A DNA stretch of 64,000 nt from Haliotis rubra (lineage: Eukaryota), in the NCBI RefSeq assembly GCF_003918875.1, contig NW_025767452.1, positions 186,001-250,000 on the forward strand. The letters run 5' to 3'. The notes under the pieces were generated by a model. That model saw nothing but the letters and a program-made list of their open reading frames with translations. It was not told where the DNA came from and did not search any database. Shown here in pieces: positions 24,519 to 37,207 of the stretch. The position numbers and the translations under genes are program-made. How positions within the stretch are numbered: the first letter of the stretch is position 1; every line of letters begins with the position of its first letter.

Positions 24519-25160
24519 TGACCTTGACCCTGCGTAATAATAAACTTGATATGTAATAGACCAATAAAAGCCACTGCACCGTCCTGATTTTTCACGTTTT
24601 TGGCTAAGAGAAATATATTTACTTGTATGTACCCAGTGTTCACCTAGTACGTTAGTTTCTGAAAAGAATTTGCAGAACTACTTTTGCGTGTAGATACTTC
24701 TTGTCATGTGTTATAAGGCACTTCCGGAATTGTATTGCACAACTTCCTTCAACTGATAAACCAACAATTGGGTGATATTGGCCCTTGTGGTGCAATACCC
24801 GCTTGGTGTATATATACCGTCGTCGTCAGTGATCATTGCTCCGTGCCTCTTACTCCCTTCTGCAGGAGTGAGGTAGTCTCGTAAAGTTCTTTAGTGAGAA
24901 TTTAATTTTTGTAGTTATTTTCGGCTTTGTTTGTATTTAGGTCTTGACCTAGTGAGCAAGTCAGATAGGACTGTCACCTGACACAAACGAGTGATTCTTT
25001 CCGTCAACTCTTTTACGGACTTTCTACAAGTAACGTTGTTGCTGAAACCTTCAAAGAGAAGAGGTAATTTAATCACGTTCAAATCCACAAGTCCAGAGGG
25101 TTTGAAAAAAATATCAATCTGTTCAAGCAACAGTCCCAAGAAGGTTCAGTTGACCAGGTT
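24519..25160. promoter_or_regulatory. Bidirectional promoter between EF-Tu2 and the CCCH/CHY gene
   Basis: The ATGs diverge 643 bp apart. A palindromic ETS-type site ACTTCCGGAA lies at about 24720. A probable EF-Tu 5'UTR intron spans 24622-24530. Confidence 0.6.
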
Positions 25161-28100
25161 ATGTCATTTGCATCAGGACAATTGTGCAGATTTTATTCAA
25201 GAGGAAAGGTATGTCGATACGGTGACGCTTGTCGATATCAGCACACAGTAAGGGATTTATCAACGTCTACTGATCATCTACCGGGTGGACAACTTGTTGA
25301 AGAATCCCCTCCATCACTTCTGAACCCAGACAAAGAGGTTTATCCCAAGATCACTACTGAAGGTAACAATGAAGGCCTAAATCAGGAAAACTGTGATCAG
25401 ATTGTTTCTCAGACGAGCAACATTTCAAGTGAAAATACCACAAGTATCAAAATATGCAGCTTTTTTGCTAAGCGCAAGTGGTGCAGTTTTGGTAGGAAGT
25501 GTCGTTTTCTCCATGAAATTCCTGACACTCAAAATGCAGTAAATCAAGCATCTTCAACTGCTCCTGTTCCATCCATTGAAGATTCATTATCTTTTCAACA
25601 AAAGGACAATGATGATTTTCAAGCAGTAGACGGAAAACCAGCACCTGAAACTTCTCAGGATGACAAGAATAATGAAAGAAAAATTTGTAATTTCTTTGCT
25701 AGAACCGGACGTTGTCACTATGGGCAACGATGCCATTTCAGACATGACAGAACCCGTCGGAAGGTTGTTAAACCTTCACAAAATGTCGACCAAGAAAGTA
25801 AGAAAGAGACAATGCAGGCTCCAGAGAAATCTGAGAGAGCGGCTAATCAGTCTGAACCAACCAGAGGTAACAAGAGACTTTGTCCTTATTTCAAGAAAGG
25901 ATACTGCAAGTGGGGAGAGAGATGTCGGTTTTGGCATCCCGTGGACATGATGAATGATTTGACTGAAAATTTTAATGAGTCAGTTGAAATTCAAGAAACA
26001 CCTAATGATGGTGTTGAATCCACAAACGAGTCTGGAGCCAGACAACAGACAGGCTCAGGTCGAAGACAGCAGACCTTCCCCAACAGGCCCCCTGTAAGGC
26101 CCCCCAATCAGAAAATCCTTTTGAAGAGAGAGACAGCCTCACAAGAGGAAATGGATAAGCTAAGGAAGACAGAGGTTGATCAGCTGCAAAAAAGATTTCC
26201 CAAAGACAGGTGCAAAGTCATTAAAGACGGTCCAGACACTTTTCAGTGTAATGTCAACTTCCATCCAAGTGACCCTGATTGGGTAAGTATTTAAACACAA
26301 TGCTGTGTTCTGGAATATGTTGAAGAAACATTCAATAGCTATGTTAAATTAATGTACTAGAATATCAAAGAACAAGTTACTATGCATGTTGTACCAATTT
26401 CTGAAGATCAACATTTTGCCAAGCGTGATAAGTTTATGTTTATTTACTATTTCTTTGGGTTAATGATAGCACTTTCTTATATTACTATTACATCGTTTTT
26501 ACAGCCATATGATGTCAAGAACTTTGAACTTGAATTCACTATTCCTTCAACCTATCCCCAGGAGGTAAGTTTGAACCTTAATTACCCATCAAAAGAGGTC
26601 TACTTTGTGTTCCTAGTTGAATTTAAGAAAATGTCAAGTTTTTCACATTCTTTATACATTACCATACTTGTTTGGAGACTTTCTTTCAGTAGAATTTTCT
26701 TATTTAAATTTAACATGAATTATAACCAATGACCACATATATAACAGATAAAACAATACAATTGATGTGCAGCTTTTGTTTCAATATCGGGCGGTGGGGT
26801 AGCCTAGTGGTTAAAGCGTTGGCTCGTCACGCCGAAGACCCGGGTTCGAATCCCCACATGGGTACAGTGTGTGAAGCCCATTTCTGGTGTCCCCCATCGT
26901 GATGTTGCTGGAATATTGCTAAAAGCGGCGTAAAACCAAACTCAGTCAGTCAGTCAGTTGTTTCAATATCATGATCATGATCTGCTGAAGTTGTGAAATG
27001 CAGTCGTGATTCTAAATATGTTTCAGATGTTGAGTATCTCTCTGCCAGAGGATCAAGATTTGCCTGCTACAGTGAGAAGGTAATTGCTGTCTTATTGTTA
27101 ACATGTTGACAAAAACTGCGGAAACAGTTAAGACATATAATGATGAAGTAATGATGCTAGTACTATTCCTAACGAATCAGCTTGGTTAATATGTTTCTAT
27201 TCTACCAGAGATTTAATTTTACAGACATATCTCATGATACTTAAAGATGATCTAAACTGAGAAAAACACATTTGTATTTCATAAAGATGATGGACACACT
27301 ATCGTAATATAAATAATCATGTTTATAGTCACCTAAATGAAAAATATTATACTGTGAAATCTGATTATTTGATGAGCCTAATCTCTAAGACTGTATGATT
27401 TCCACAGATACTTGAACAGTTGTGTTGTTGGCTGGGTGAAGGAGAAGCGTGACAATTTGGAATCGCAAGGAAATTATGAGATTATCTTCAGACCATTTCT
27501 CCGATGGTTTGACAAAAGCCTTGAAGCAAACGTTACTGAAGCATTGAGACAGGTAAATCATGCACTGCTACACTGGTAATATAGAGATTGCTAGGAATAG
27601 GACTTGTATGTTGTATTGTTCAACACACTGATACAGTAACTGATACAGAGATTGTTAATCTTTGTATATTAGGAAGAAGACTTGTATTGTATGAAGCTGT
27701 GGTGAGGACAGTATATGAATTTGATTCGAAATTTTTATGTTTGCAATATGGAAACAATATCATAAAGTACTGTTAGTAATGGTTTGACACAACTCCATGG
27801 CTTGACGAGTGCTACACAGTTAGGCCCCTTCGGATTACAGAATTCAGTCAGTCAGGGTGACTTTCTAGAAGCGTGGATTTTCAATTTCTATTACAAAATT
27901 CATGAACAACATCTATTACAAAATGTAGGTCTTTTTGTCCATCATGAACAGCTGTTGGTTGACACAGTCACAGAAATGTTGGTCACGCTGAAGACCGGGT
28001 TTGATTCCCCAAAAGTACAATGTGTGAAGCCCATTTCTGGTGTCGCCCCGCTGTGATATTGCTGGAATTTTGCTAAAAGCAGCGTAAAACCATACTTGCA

Positions 28101-31100
28101 CTCTTGATTGACTTTAGGTTCGCAGTACTCCTTGTTTGTTGTGTGAACTAAGATGAGGATAGTTTGTTGTTACAATGTGTAACCTGGCTGGCTTAGGGTA
28201 ATTGAACCACCATTACATAGATAACTAATGCCTCTGACTTACAGGGCGAAACTTTAATATTCAGTGTCAAAGTAAACAACACAGACTAAAGTCGCCCTCT
28301 TTCCTTATACTGTGATAATGGTACGTCGTAACGATGTCTATTTTCTAAGTGTATGATCGTGAACTTATAGCCTAGTAGGTAAATCATTTGTTTTTCTTGC
28401 TGAAGGCCAGGGTTTTGTTTCCAAACATAGGTACAGTATGTACAGGTTGTTTCTGGTGTCCTCTGTGGTATAGGTGAAACTAATTTCTTCTGCTCACTTA
28501 TTTCATCATCCATTTGAATTCAGAGAGGGTCTGCATTTTGTTACAGATGAAAAGAGAAATCGTGGCTAAAGCAGCTGGCTTTGAGTTCATTAGTGCCACA
28601 GAGCTGCAGGAAAAGTACAAGGCATCGGAAAATAACGATGACTCTGAACTGACCGGCTCGGAGGAGGGATCGGATGAGTTCACCGACATTGATTCAGAGG
28701 AAACTGTCTCGGACGAGGACAGTGAACCCACAACTGTCTCCAACAATGCTGACCGTGATGTGGACACAGAGAGGAAAGGAACACAGATCACTTTGAAAAA
28801 TTTGCAGTTGCGAGAAGGAGCATCCACCTTGATGTATGACAAGATTCACATTAATATTCAGTGTGGACGATGTAAAAATCACACTGACTTCAACTCTCCT
28901 TCACAAAGAGTCAACTCGGTGTCCTGCAGCAAGTGTAACCAGACCCAGCTGCTTACCTTCAGACCAGTACTCATGCACCAGTTCTCATCAATCATGGGCT
29001 ACCTTGACCTTGAAAACTGCACAGCCTTTGACCTCGTGTTACAAGAGTGTGTGGCAAGGCTTGGCTGTGACAACTGCTCCAAAGAGTCGAAGATTGATGT
29101 AAGCTATCATTTTGCCAACTTCATTTATATCATGCTTTATAATGGTATTGGCTGTTGATTTAATTTGGGGCGGTGGGGTAGCCTTGTGGTTAAAGCGTTC
29201 GCTTGTCACATCAAAGACCCAGGTTCAATCCCCACATGGATACAATGTGTGAAGCCCATTTATGGTGTCGCCGCCACAGCATAGCTGGAATATTCCTAGA
29301 AAGCGGCATAAAACCATACTCACTCACTCACTCATTTAATTTGTATTGTCTGCCCTGCTTGATTAATTTAGACTTATTCATATTTCTTAGACTGTATACT
29401 GAAGTGTATCCAAAGTCTGGATAGGGGAAGTAGTAATATAGGCATGTTTTTGGTGTATTCAGTCTGTGTTTCTGTGACTGGTAAACTCTCCATGCTCAGT
29501 TGTTTGAGTGATGCACTGGCCTAGTATTTGCTTCTTGTACCCAAAACAGGGATTTCTGTACCGATGTGAGACAAATATACAGAAAAAACACATTCTCGCC
29601 ATGATTTTCTCTGCTGAAAAAAGCTGTCTTTTAATGTTTAGTAAGTATTGTATAATTTTAGAATTTTCTGTTAAATTTTAGGGTCTGTCTCCTGGTCAGG
29701 TGTCCAACACCTGGTGTCGTCACTGTCATCAGAAGATGAAGATTGCTGCAGACTCAGTACAGTTTTTTCAACTGCAGCCATCTGGTGTCGTGACAGGTAG
29801 GTTGGACTAGGAATATATAGAGAAGACCTGAGTTTGGTCGGTTGGTTGGTTTGTTTAACATCGCACTCAGCAGTATTCCAGCTGTATGGCGGCGGTCTGT
29901 AAATATTAAAGTCTGGTCCAGACAAACCAGTGATCAACAGCATGAGCATCATTCTACACAAATGGGATACGATGATACATGTCAACCAAGTCAGCGAGCC
30001 TAACCTCACGATCCCTTTAGTTGAGTCTTATGACAAGCATGGGTTGCTGAAGATCAATTCTAACCCGGATCTCCATGGGTTTAAGAAGGTCCGGAAGATA
30101 AACAGAAGTATCATGATTACATCTTGAATACTTTGGCATGCTAACAAGTAATTTAAGCCTGCTAAAGGGTGTGTACATCAGGAAATGTAGGGATCATCTT
30201 GTTTATGTTATGTATTTTCCTTCTGTTTGACTTCAAGTGTCATGAAAAACCCCATCATTAATCAAACCCAGAAAATAGTCTTAGGATCCTCTACATATTT
30301 TCATCTAACCTGAGTGTCAATATTGCAGACCCCAAGCAGAAAGTTCACGAGGTTGCCGCTAAGAAACGAAGGGTACCAAAGGACCCTGCAATCCAAGAGG
30401 GAAAACCACTGCCAGCCAATGGTACCTGTAAACACTACAAGAAAAGTTACCGCTGGTTCAGGTGAGACAACACTGTCGGGCGGAATAAACATTGATTACA
30501 CACACAATGCCATTTAGAAAGTTGACAAATGTAATATGTTATATTTGGGATTACACTTTCTTAGTAAAGTACAGATTCTAGTACTATTCTAGTCCCATCC
30601 GGGATTCGAACCCACACCCTCAGAGTCAGGCACCTATTCGCCAGCACACAAAGTCAGCCGCTTAGCCTACGACTTCCACCATGAATAAACATTGTTGTCA
30701 CGGCTGTAGCATTGTTGACCTCACATAGTTATGACGATTTGACGGATATAACAAACTCTCTGGTTTGGTCTGAGCCACTTGCTATATATTCTGTTCTGGT
30801 CTGAGCCACTTGCTATATATTCTGTTCTGGTCTGAGCCATTCGCTATATATTTTAGTCAAAATGTGGATAATGAAAAAAACGAAAATGTGGTTATAAAAA
30901 AACGAAAATTTCGTTCATCCCCTCGAGTTCATTATAACGGCAGATTACAATAAAACAATTCATTCATTTGATCATGAACTTCATATTTCACAAAAGTGAA
31001 CATTCTAGTGTAATCTCTGTCTGATTGAGTGTGTAGTGATGTAGCAGCTATCGCAGCAAGTTTCCGACCCTCCTGACCGACTGTGGTGTATTGCAGGTTC

Positions 31101-32710
31101 CCATGCTGTGGTATGGTGTATCCGTGTGATGTGTGTCATGACGAGCAGTCCGACAGTCATGAGATGGTGTTTGCCAACAGGGTCATCTGTGGCTTCTGCT
31201 GCAAGGAACAGGTAAATGTTCAAATCACCATGAGATATTATTCACCCAGGTGAAAAAATAGTATATAGTGATATTTAGCGATATGGGCAATCTGATTTCC
31301 ATCTCTTCAATAAATCTTGTTGAATCTTGTTACAAGTATCAGTCTAGTGGTGAAATTGTTAATGTCATGTATTTTTTTTACTTTAACTGAAAATGAAGGT
31401 TTTACTTGTTTATTGAGGTAGAACTCATAACGTTTTAAATATCTATGGATGAAGCATGCTCTACAAATCTGTTTTATTTGTGAACTAGTGCCATTTAATG
31501 ATCAGTCTAGCTATTCTCGAAACAATCGTAACCCTACAAACTTCTTAAACCCATTCTTAACACATTGGCTACAATCAAAGTTAAGACTCCTTAGGGCTAC
31601 AAACCTTTCCAGAATAAGGGCCCTGGGATTCTTGTAGTGGTAGAAATAGTGGTTGTTTCTTGACCCAAACTCCAAAACCATTAGATAATTCTTGATGAAA
31701 CTTGATGTACAGGTCAGCCTGTTAGGTGAAATGGTGTCTTTTATGATTTGGGACATTGATAAACATTTTTGTGATACATGTAACATTTCTGTAATTATTT
31801 CTCCATTTAGATCTATGCCCCAGACCGACCATGTACAACTTGTCAGCAGATGTTGACACGAGGGAAGTCTTCACACTGGGAGGGAGGACTGGGTTGTCGC
31901 AACAAGGTCAAGATGAGCAAGTAAGGGAGCTGAATTTCTTCCATGGATAGAAATATATATGAATCTTATCGTTATATAAGAGCCACAACTTGCTCAACTT
32001 GAACATTTGAGGTGCTTTCAGATGAGTGGAAAATGGGGAGGTTCAAAGGGAGGTAACCCAGATCAGTAGGCATACTTTAGATTTAGTGTTTATGGGATTG
32101 GAGGGATTGTGAAATAGGTTGTGTTATAACTGAAATGTTTTATAGGCAAATCATTATGTAGTATCCTATTTGACAGCTTACCTTATTTTAGGTGAAATAC
32201 ATTTATGAATACAGCCTTGGCAAATTACTTTGTGATCTGTAAATGTCGTAAAATCTTCCATTTTCAAACCAATCGGTGTGTTCACTCATCAAGCACTGTA
32301 CAATCCGATTTTACATAAATATTCATATTTACTGTTTGTGTTAATGGTTTGTTGTGTACCAGTGAAAATATGTACAAATAATGCCTTTTGATTCCTGAAC
32401 ATGGTTACAAGTATTAAGATTTGCACAGTAAATGTATTGTGCATAATTACCGTAGATAAGCCGAATTTTGAGGACCAAAAAAAAGTCTGTAGAAGGGGGT
32501 CGATTAATCGATGAGATTGGCATGTTTACAGTAAGTTAAATTAAATTATCTATCAATGTGATTAATCCAAGGAGGATAACTCATGATATCATCTTTTCTG
32601 ACAGGAACGACAGTCAGAAGTACAGTAATACGAACAAGACCATATCCAAACAAGCTCAGAAGCTGAAGGAGAGCAGGCAGAAGAAGGGAGCCAAATCTCG
32701 ACATGCCTAG
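25161..32710 (+). CDS. Protein with 4 CCCH zinc fingers, RWD-like domain, Zn ribbons and CHY zinc finger (similar to the uncharacterised S. pombe C18H10.09-type family), 836 aa
   Basis: Exons 25161-26282, 26505-26564, 27027-27079, 27408-27552, 28547-29098, 29682-29796, 30329-30461, 31097-31211, 31811-31920 and 32605-32710 total 2511 nt in one open frame. Four C-x7/8-C-x5-C-x3-H fingers, PSDPDWPYD...IPSTYP, and the CHY finger CKHYKKSYRWFRFPCCGMVYPCDVCHD. AATAAA at about 33211. Confidence 0.9.
26789..26958 (+). mobile_element. tRNA-headed SINE family A, full length
   Basis: A box (gtagcctagtggt), B box (gggttcgaatccc), tail gctggaatattgctaaaagcggcgtaaaac plus (tcag)n, TSD ttgtttcaatatc. Other copies near 6791, 9032, 9447, 15524, 19950, 20912, 22009, 27975, 29167, 33470, 42605, 50594, 59276, 59510 and 60574. 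Confidence 0.9.
29167..29334 (+). mobile_element. SINE family A
   Basis: Consensus match with TSD tttaatttg. Confidence 0.85.
29830..30079 (-). mobile_element. Retroposon family B, full length
   Basis: Consensus match. Further copies or fragments near 5980, 19609, 22550, 34480, 36058, 46300, 60900 and 62060. Confidence 0.85.
30766..30852. repeat. 31-bp tandem repeat x3
   Basis: tggtctgagccacttgctatatattctgttc repeated. Confidence 0.8.
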
Positions 32711-33470
32711 CAACGCTTTGTGTGCTTGCTGTTTTGTCAGATTACTCAGCTGTTACCATGTTTGGAAGACATTTACATATCATAAACAGTGATGTTAGTG
32801 CTGTTAGCTGCAATCTACTAATATATAGAGGCAGTTAGATTTGAATTCAAGTTGAGAAATTCAGTCCTGCACATATTTGTTCAAATTAGAAATTAATTCT
32901 GTTATAATTGTAGTTATGTTTTATACCTTTCTAAGAACTTGATTATTAATGTCCTTAATGTTTTTCAACTAAACTTGGCATATGAATTGCTCATCAGCTT
33001 AACTGAGGCCTTTTGATGTTTAGAAGTTTTTCTAAATTTTGTTTTGTTTCCATCTAAACATTTTGGACTCATTGCCAAGTCAACTCTACAGCTAATGAAT
33101 ATTACATAAACCTGTACAAATGAATAGAAAAAATACTCTAGGGTAGATCCTGGTATATTTAATAACCTAGACGAATGAAATATGCAGATAGACACTGTGG
33201 CTTATCAGTGAATAAAGTATTTAGATATTTATTGGTTTGACAGTTTGTTGTTATTGCACAGAGACAACTATGAGTGGATGGGTGAGTAACGAGTGAGTGA
33301 TGGCTTGCTGTAACGAGGTACAGACAGATGAGGCAACCTTCAACGTGTATTGGCCTGTAGCAGGGACAACATTTATTGGTGTTGTGGTACTGAATCATTC
33401 TGTCACAGAATGATGACTTAATTCAAGATGGATGACAGTTGAGTGGTGGCCATCAGAATGCATGTACTAC

Positions 33471-33635
33471 TGACTGACTGAGTTTGGTTTTACGCCGCTT
33501 TTAGCAATATTCCAGCAACATCATGGCGGGGAACACCAGAAATGGGCTTCACACATTGTACCCATGTGGGGATTCGAACCCGGGTCTTCGGCATGACGAG
33601 CCAACGCTTTAACCACTAGGCTACCCCACCGCCCC
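33471..33635 (-). mobile_element. SINE family A, full length
   Basis: Same consensus, with a 14-bp TSD aatgcatgtactac. Confidence 0.9.
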
Positions 33636-33729
33636 AATGCATGTACTACCCCAACACAGCCAACAGTCGGCACTGGTAACTTGATAACCTGAACATATGA
33701 GTTTGGCACCTGCACCACCAGTTAGTTAG

Positions 33730-34478
33730 TCACATAAGGTAATAAAAGGAAGTATTTTCCTGTGTAAAAGGACCCGTGACAAGTGTTTCTTGTGATGACA
33801 TAGCCAACTTAACAGAAAACGTTTTTACAAAAGAGGAGTAGCAAGGTACTACTATAAGGGTAATGCTATTTTTGAGGGCATTATCATTTGCAGAAGCCCG
33901 AGGTCTTCCATTAACTGCCCCAGGGCAGTTGACAGATGGCTTCTGCAAATGATAATGCCCTCAAAAAAGCATTATCCAGTATTGACTAAAATACATGGAA
34001 TTTGTGTTGAAAAGAAAAGGAAACAATGAAGGAATTTGACTGTAAGTTTACCAAAATCAACTTCTGACGGGCCTGACTGCCCGAATGCAATAATCATCGA
34101 ACAATTCAAGTGACGTCACAACAGAAAGTGACGATATTCGACCTTGGCCTTTGACAAGACCATAGCCTGCAGCATGTCAAACTATGACAGTGTACGGTTT
34201 TGGTCCATCAACAGTCTTAATAGTGCAATTGTTAAGGTTAGCCCCAACAAGAAAGCCAACATTACCGCTATTTGAAGCGGGAATTTGGGTTGCTTTAACA
34301 TGTTTGACCCAGAATATCTGCCAGTCGAAAGCAAATTAATGTCGAACTATGACGTCACTTGACAACAGAACTGATAGTGGCCCGTCGTTAAGGTTGAGCG
34401 GTCCAATATCATTTGCAGCGGACCGCAAATTTCTGATAATGGGAGGGCCGTTTCATGATAATTCCATGTATTTTAGCT
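33730..34478. mobile_element. Unclassified repeat with nested inverted repeats
   Basis: Hairpin of about 45 bp (33853-33981) plus the inverted pair ctaaaatacatggaatt / aattccatgtattttag. Confidence 0.5.
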
Positions 34479-36960
34479 ATAATCAGCAATATTCCAGCTG
34501 TATGGCGGCAGTCTGTAAATAATCCAGTCTGGACCAGACAATCCACTGATCAACAGCATGAACATTGATCTACGCAATTATAATACGATGACTTGTCAAG
34601 CCAGTCAGCCCGATCCTGTTAGTCGCCAGGACAACATGGATTACTGTAGATCAATTCTAACCCAGACCTTGACGGGTCACTGGCACTACAGATGATCCAA
34701 GCTGAAATTAATGAGTGAAAACAAATACTACTCCTAAAGATCATCATTTAATATACATTCTGTACATCAGCTGAAATTTTAAACACCTTTCAATTTACAA
34801 TGATAAATGTACATGACAGGTCCTCTACAGCGAGTCTGGTGACACAGAATATACACATGCACTCCACCAATATATACAAACAGGATGGTTGTCTAGAACA
34901 GGTCCACATAGAAACAACAGATTTATATACAATCATTTCAGTACAAAACACATCATGAAAGCACAACCATATTGAAAAACAAAATGTCATTAACAATATT
35001 CACTGTAAAACTGACTACATATTCTGTGTATAAAAAGATGGCACACATATATCACTGTACAAAATCTTCACAATGAGTAAGTTAGGTTTCTTAGTCCCAA
35101 CTTAGAACAGCATTTCAATTAAATCTAGCTGAAAATACCCCAAAATGATTCAAGTCTTGGACATTTACAACTTTGAGCATGTGTTGAAAAAACAAGGATC
35201 AGTTAGAGGTTTTCACCCACAGATCCTGGCCCACATAAGGGATGCAACTCTGAACAGTGAATTCACCACCTGTAACATTGGTAACACTGATCGTTAGTGT
35301 ATTGGTCATCTTTAAATGAATCACAGAAACCTAATCAACTGCAAGATGCATGCCATAACCTGAAACCGTCAAGATTTAATGTGAACTCAGTAATTCAACT
35401 AAAGGAAAACCTATTAGATAGAATGAGAAGTTTTACATCTACTTATCAAATTTGTGTGGGAGACGACAGTTTAACAGCAAACTATTAGCACCTGGAAACA
35501 AATAATTCTAACATACTGAAACTAGGCAGTATTAATCTAAAAACACCAATCTGAAGTTGAAGTAACTTATTTCAATAAATGTTGATGAGTGTTTCAGCCC
35601 TTTGGCTATAAGTGAACCTGCAGTTACCTGATTCTCTTCTTCTCTGATGGTAGCTACACTTTCACAATCATTTGATTCCATGCAATACATACCTTGAACA
35701 ACTATACCATTCAAAAACGGTTATGTACCACCTGATTCTTTCAATGAGACTATGTTAATTCAACTGTGCTTATCAAAATAATAACTGAATGACGGAAAAA
35801 CAAAATGTGCCTTTTCAATAAATTAACGCAGAGACCGGTATATGGTCTCTGATTAATGAGAAGAAATGATTTTATGGTATGAATAAATAGGTGTTTTATA
35901 CTTAATGATATTGAATGCTTATTTTACGATGTAATAATCAAGTGATACAGGTAATACATCAAACAATAGCACAGGTATGGTGCAAAGAAACAGGTTCAGA
36001 ATATAAACAAGAGGACATCCACCCACAGTAACCATAGCCTGAATCTGACTGATACAGATTGGTTGGTTTGTTGTTTCACACCACACTCAGCAATATTACA
36101 GCTATATAGCAGCAGTCTGTCAATACAGTCTGGACCAGACAATCCAGTGATCAACAGCATGAGCATCGTTCTATGCATTTGGGATACGATGACGTGTCAA
36201 CCAAGTCAGCAAGCCTGACCACCTGTAGTGATACAGAGATTATGGTGGCAAATACATACTGACAAATTGTAACACAGTGTGCAGATCAGCTCTTCTGAAA
36301 CTTTAAGCAGACAGAAACGTATTGGCTACAATCTTAACACGAGAAGTCACAATGTCAGTGAAGTGAATTCAGCACATAAAGATGTCTCCCAATAGCTCCA
36401 TTCCAGCTGGAGCTTGAGTATTCTCTTATGTGTTTACAGTCCTTCGACGTCATCAGCAACATTGAGTAAATACCATAGTTCGTATGCAGCTTTGGCATGC
36501 TGGTACGTGACCTTTAGAAACCAGGCTAAACATTACTGTGTGCAAACATTAATCAGTCGCCCATCCACACAAACCATTTGTCAACTTTCATGACTTTACT
36601 TTCACTTCTACAAACATCAACATGCCATTTTAACCAATGACCAAATTGAGCCACTTGTCCAAAGTCTGAGACTAGGATATACTTCTTTCTGTTTAATAAA
36701 CTCATCCATATAGCACACTTTTTGTTACATTAATATTTTCTATTCCTACCACTGGAAACCACCAGAAGTAATTGCCTGTTTATTTAATCTATTTTAGTTT
36801 TGACTGAATTAAAATTTAGCCACGGAATAGGACTAAAAATAGTCCCATGTATGAGTTAGAGCTAGTAAACTCTACAGTTTTTCATTCGACTGGGCACCTA
36901 TGGAAGTTAATTCTTGATTGAGTTACAAACTATAACCTTCACAGATAATTACCAAGGATA

Positions 36961-37207
36961 GTGAGTGAGTGTGTAAGTTTAGTTTTACGCCGCACTCAGC
37001 AATATTCCAGCTATATGGCGGTGTCTGTAAATAATCGAGTCTGGACCTGACAATCCAGTGATCAACAGCATGAGCATCGATCTTCGTAATTGGGAACTGA
37101 TGACATGTGTCAACCAAGTCAGCGAGTCTGACCACCCGATCCCTCTAGTCGCCTCTGATGACAAGCATGGGTTACTGAAGATCAATTCTAACCCGGATCT
37201 TCACGGG
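36961..37207 (-). mobile_element. Retroposon family B (about 245 bp, no tRNA head), full length
   Basis: Begins cccgtgaagatccgggttagaattgatcttc and ends gctggaatattgctgagtgcggcgtaaaac(tcac)n. TSD of about 15 bp, tacc(a/g)aggatagtga. Confidence 0.9.

Noticed and set aside
26789-26862. tRNA genes at SINE heads (also about 1190-1265, 7990-8075 and 47620-47692)
   Set aside because: A and B boxes are present, but they are fused to repeat bodies, mostly with tails or TSDs, and I could not fold a convincing cloverleaf.
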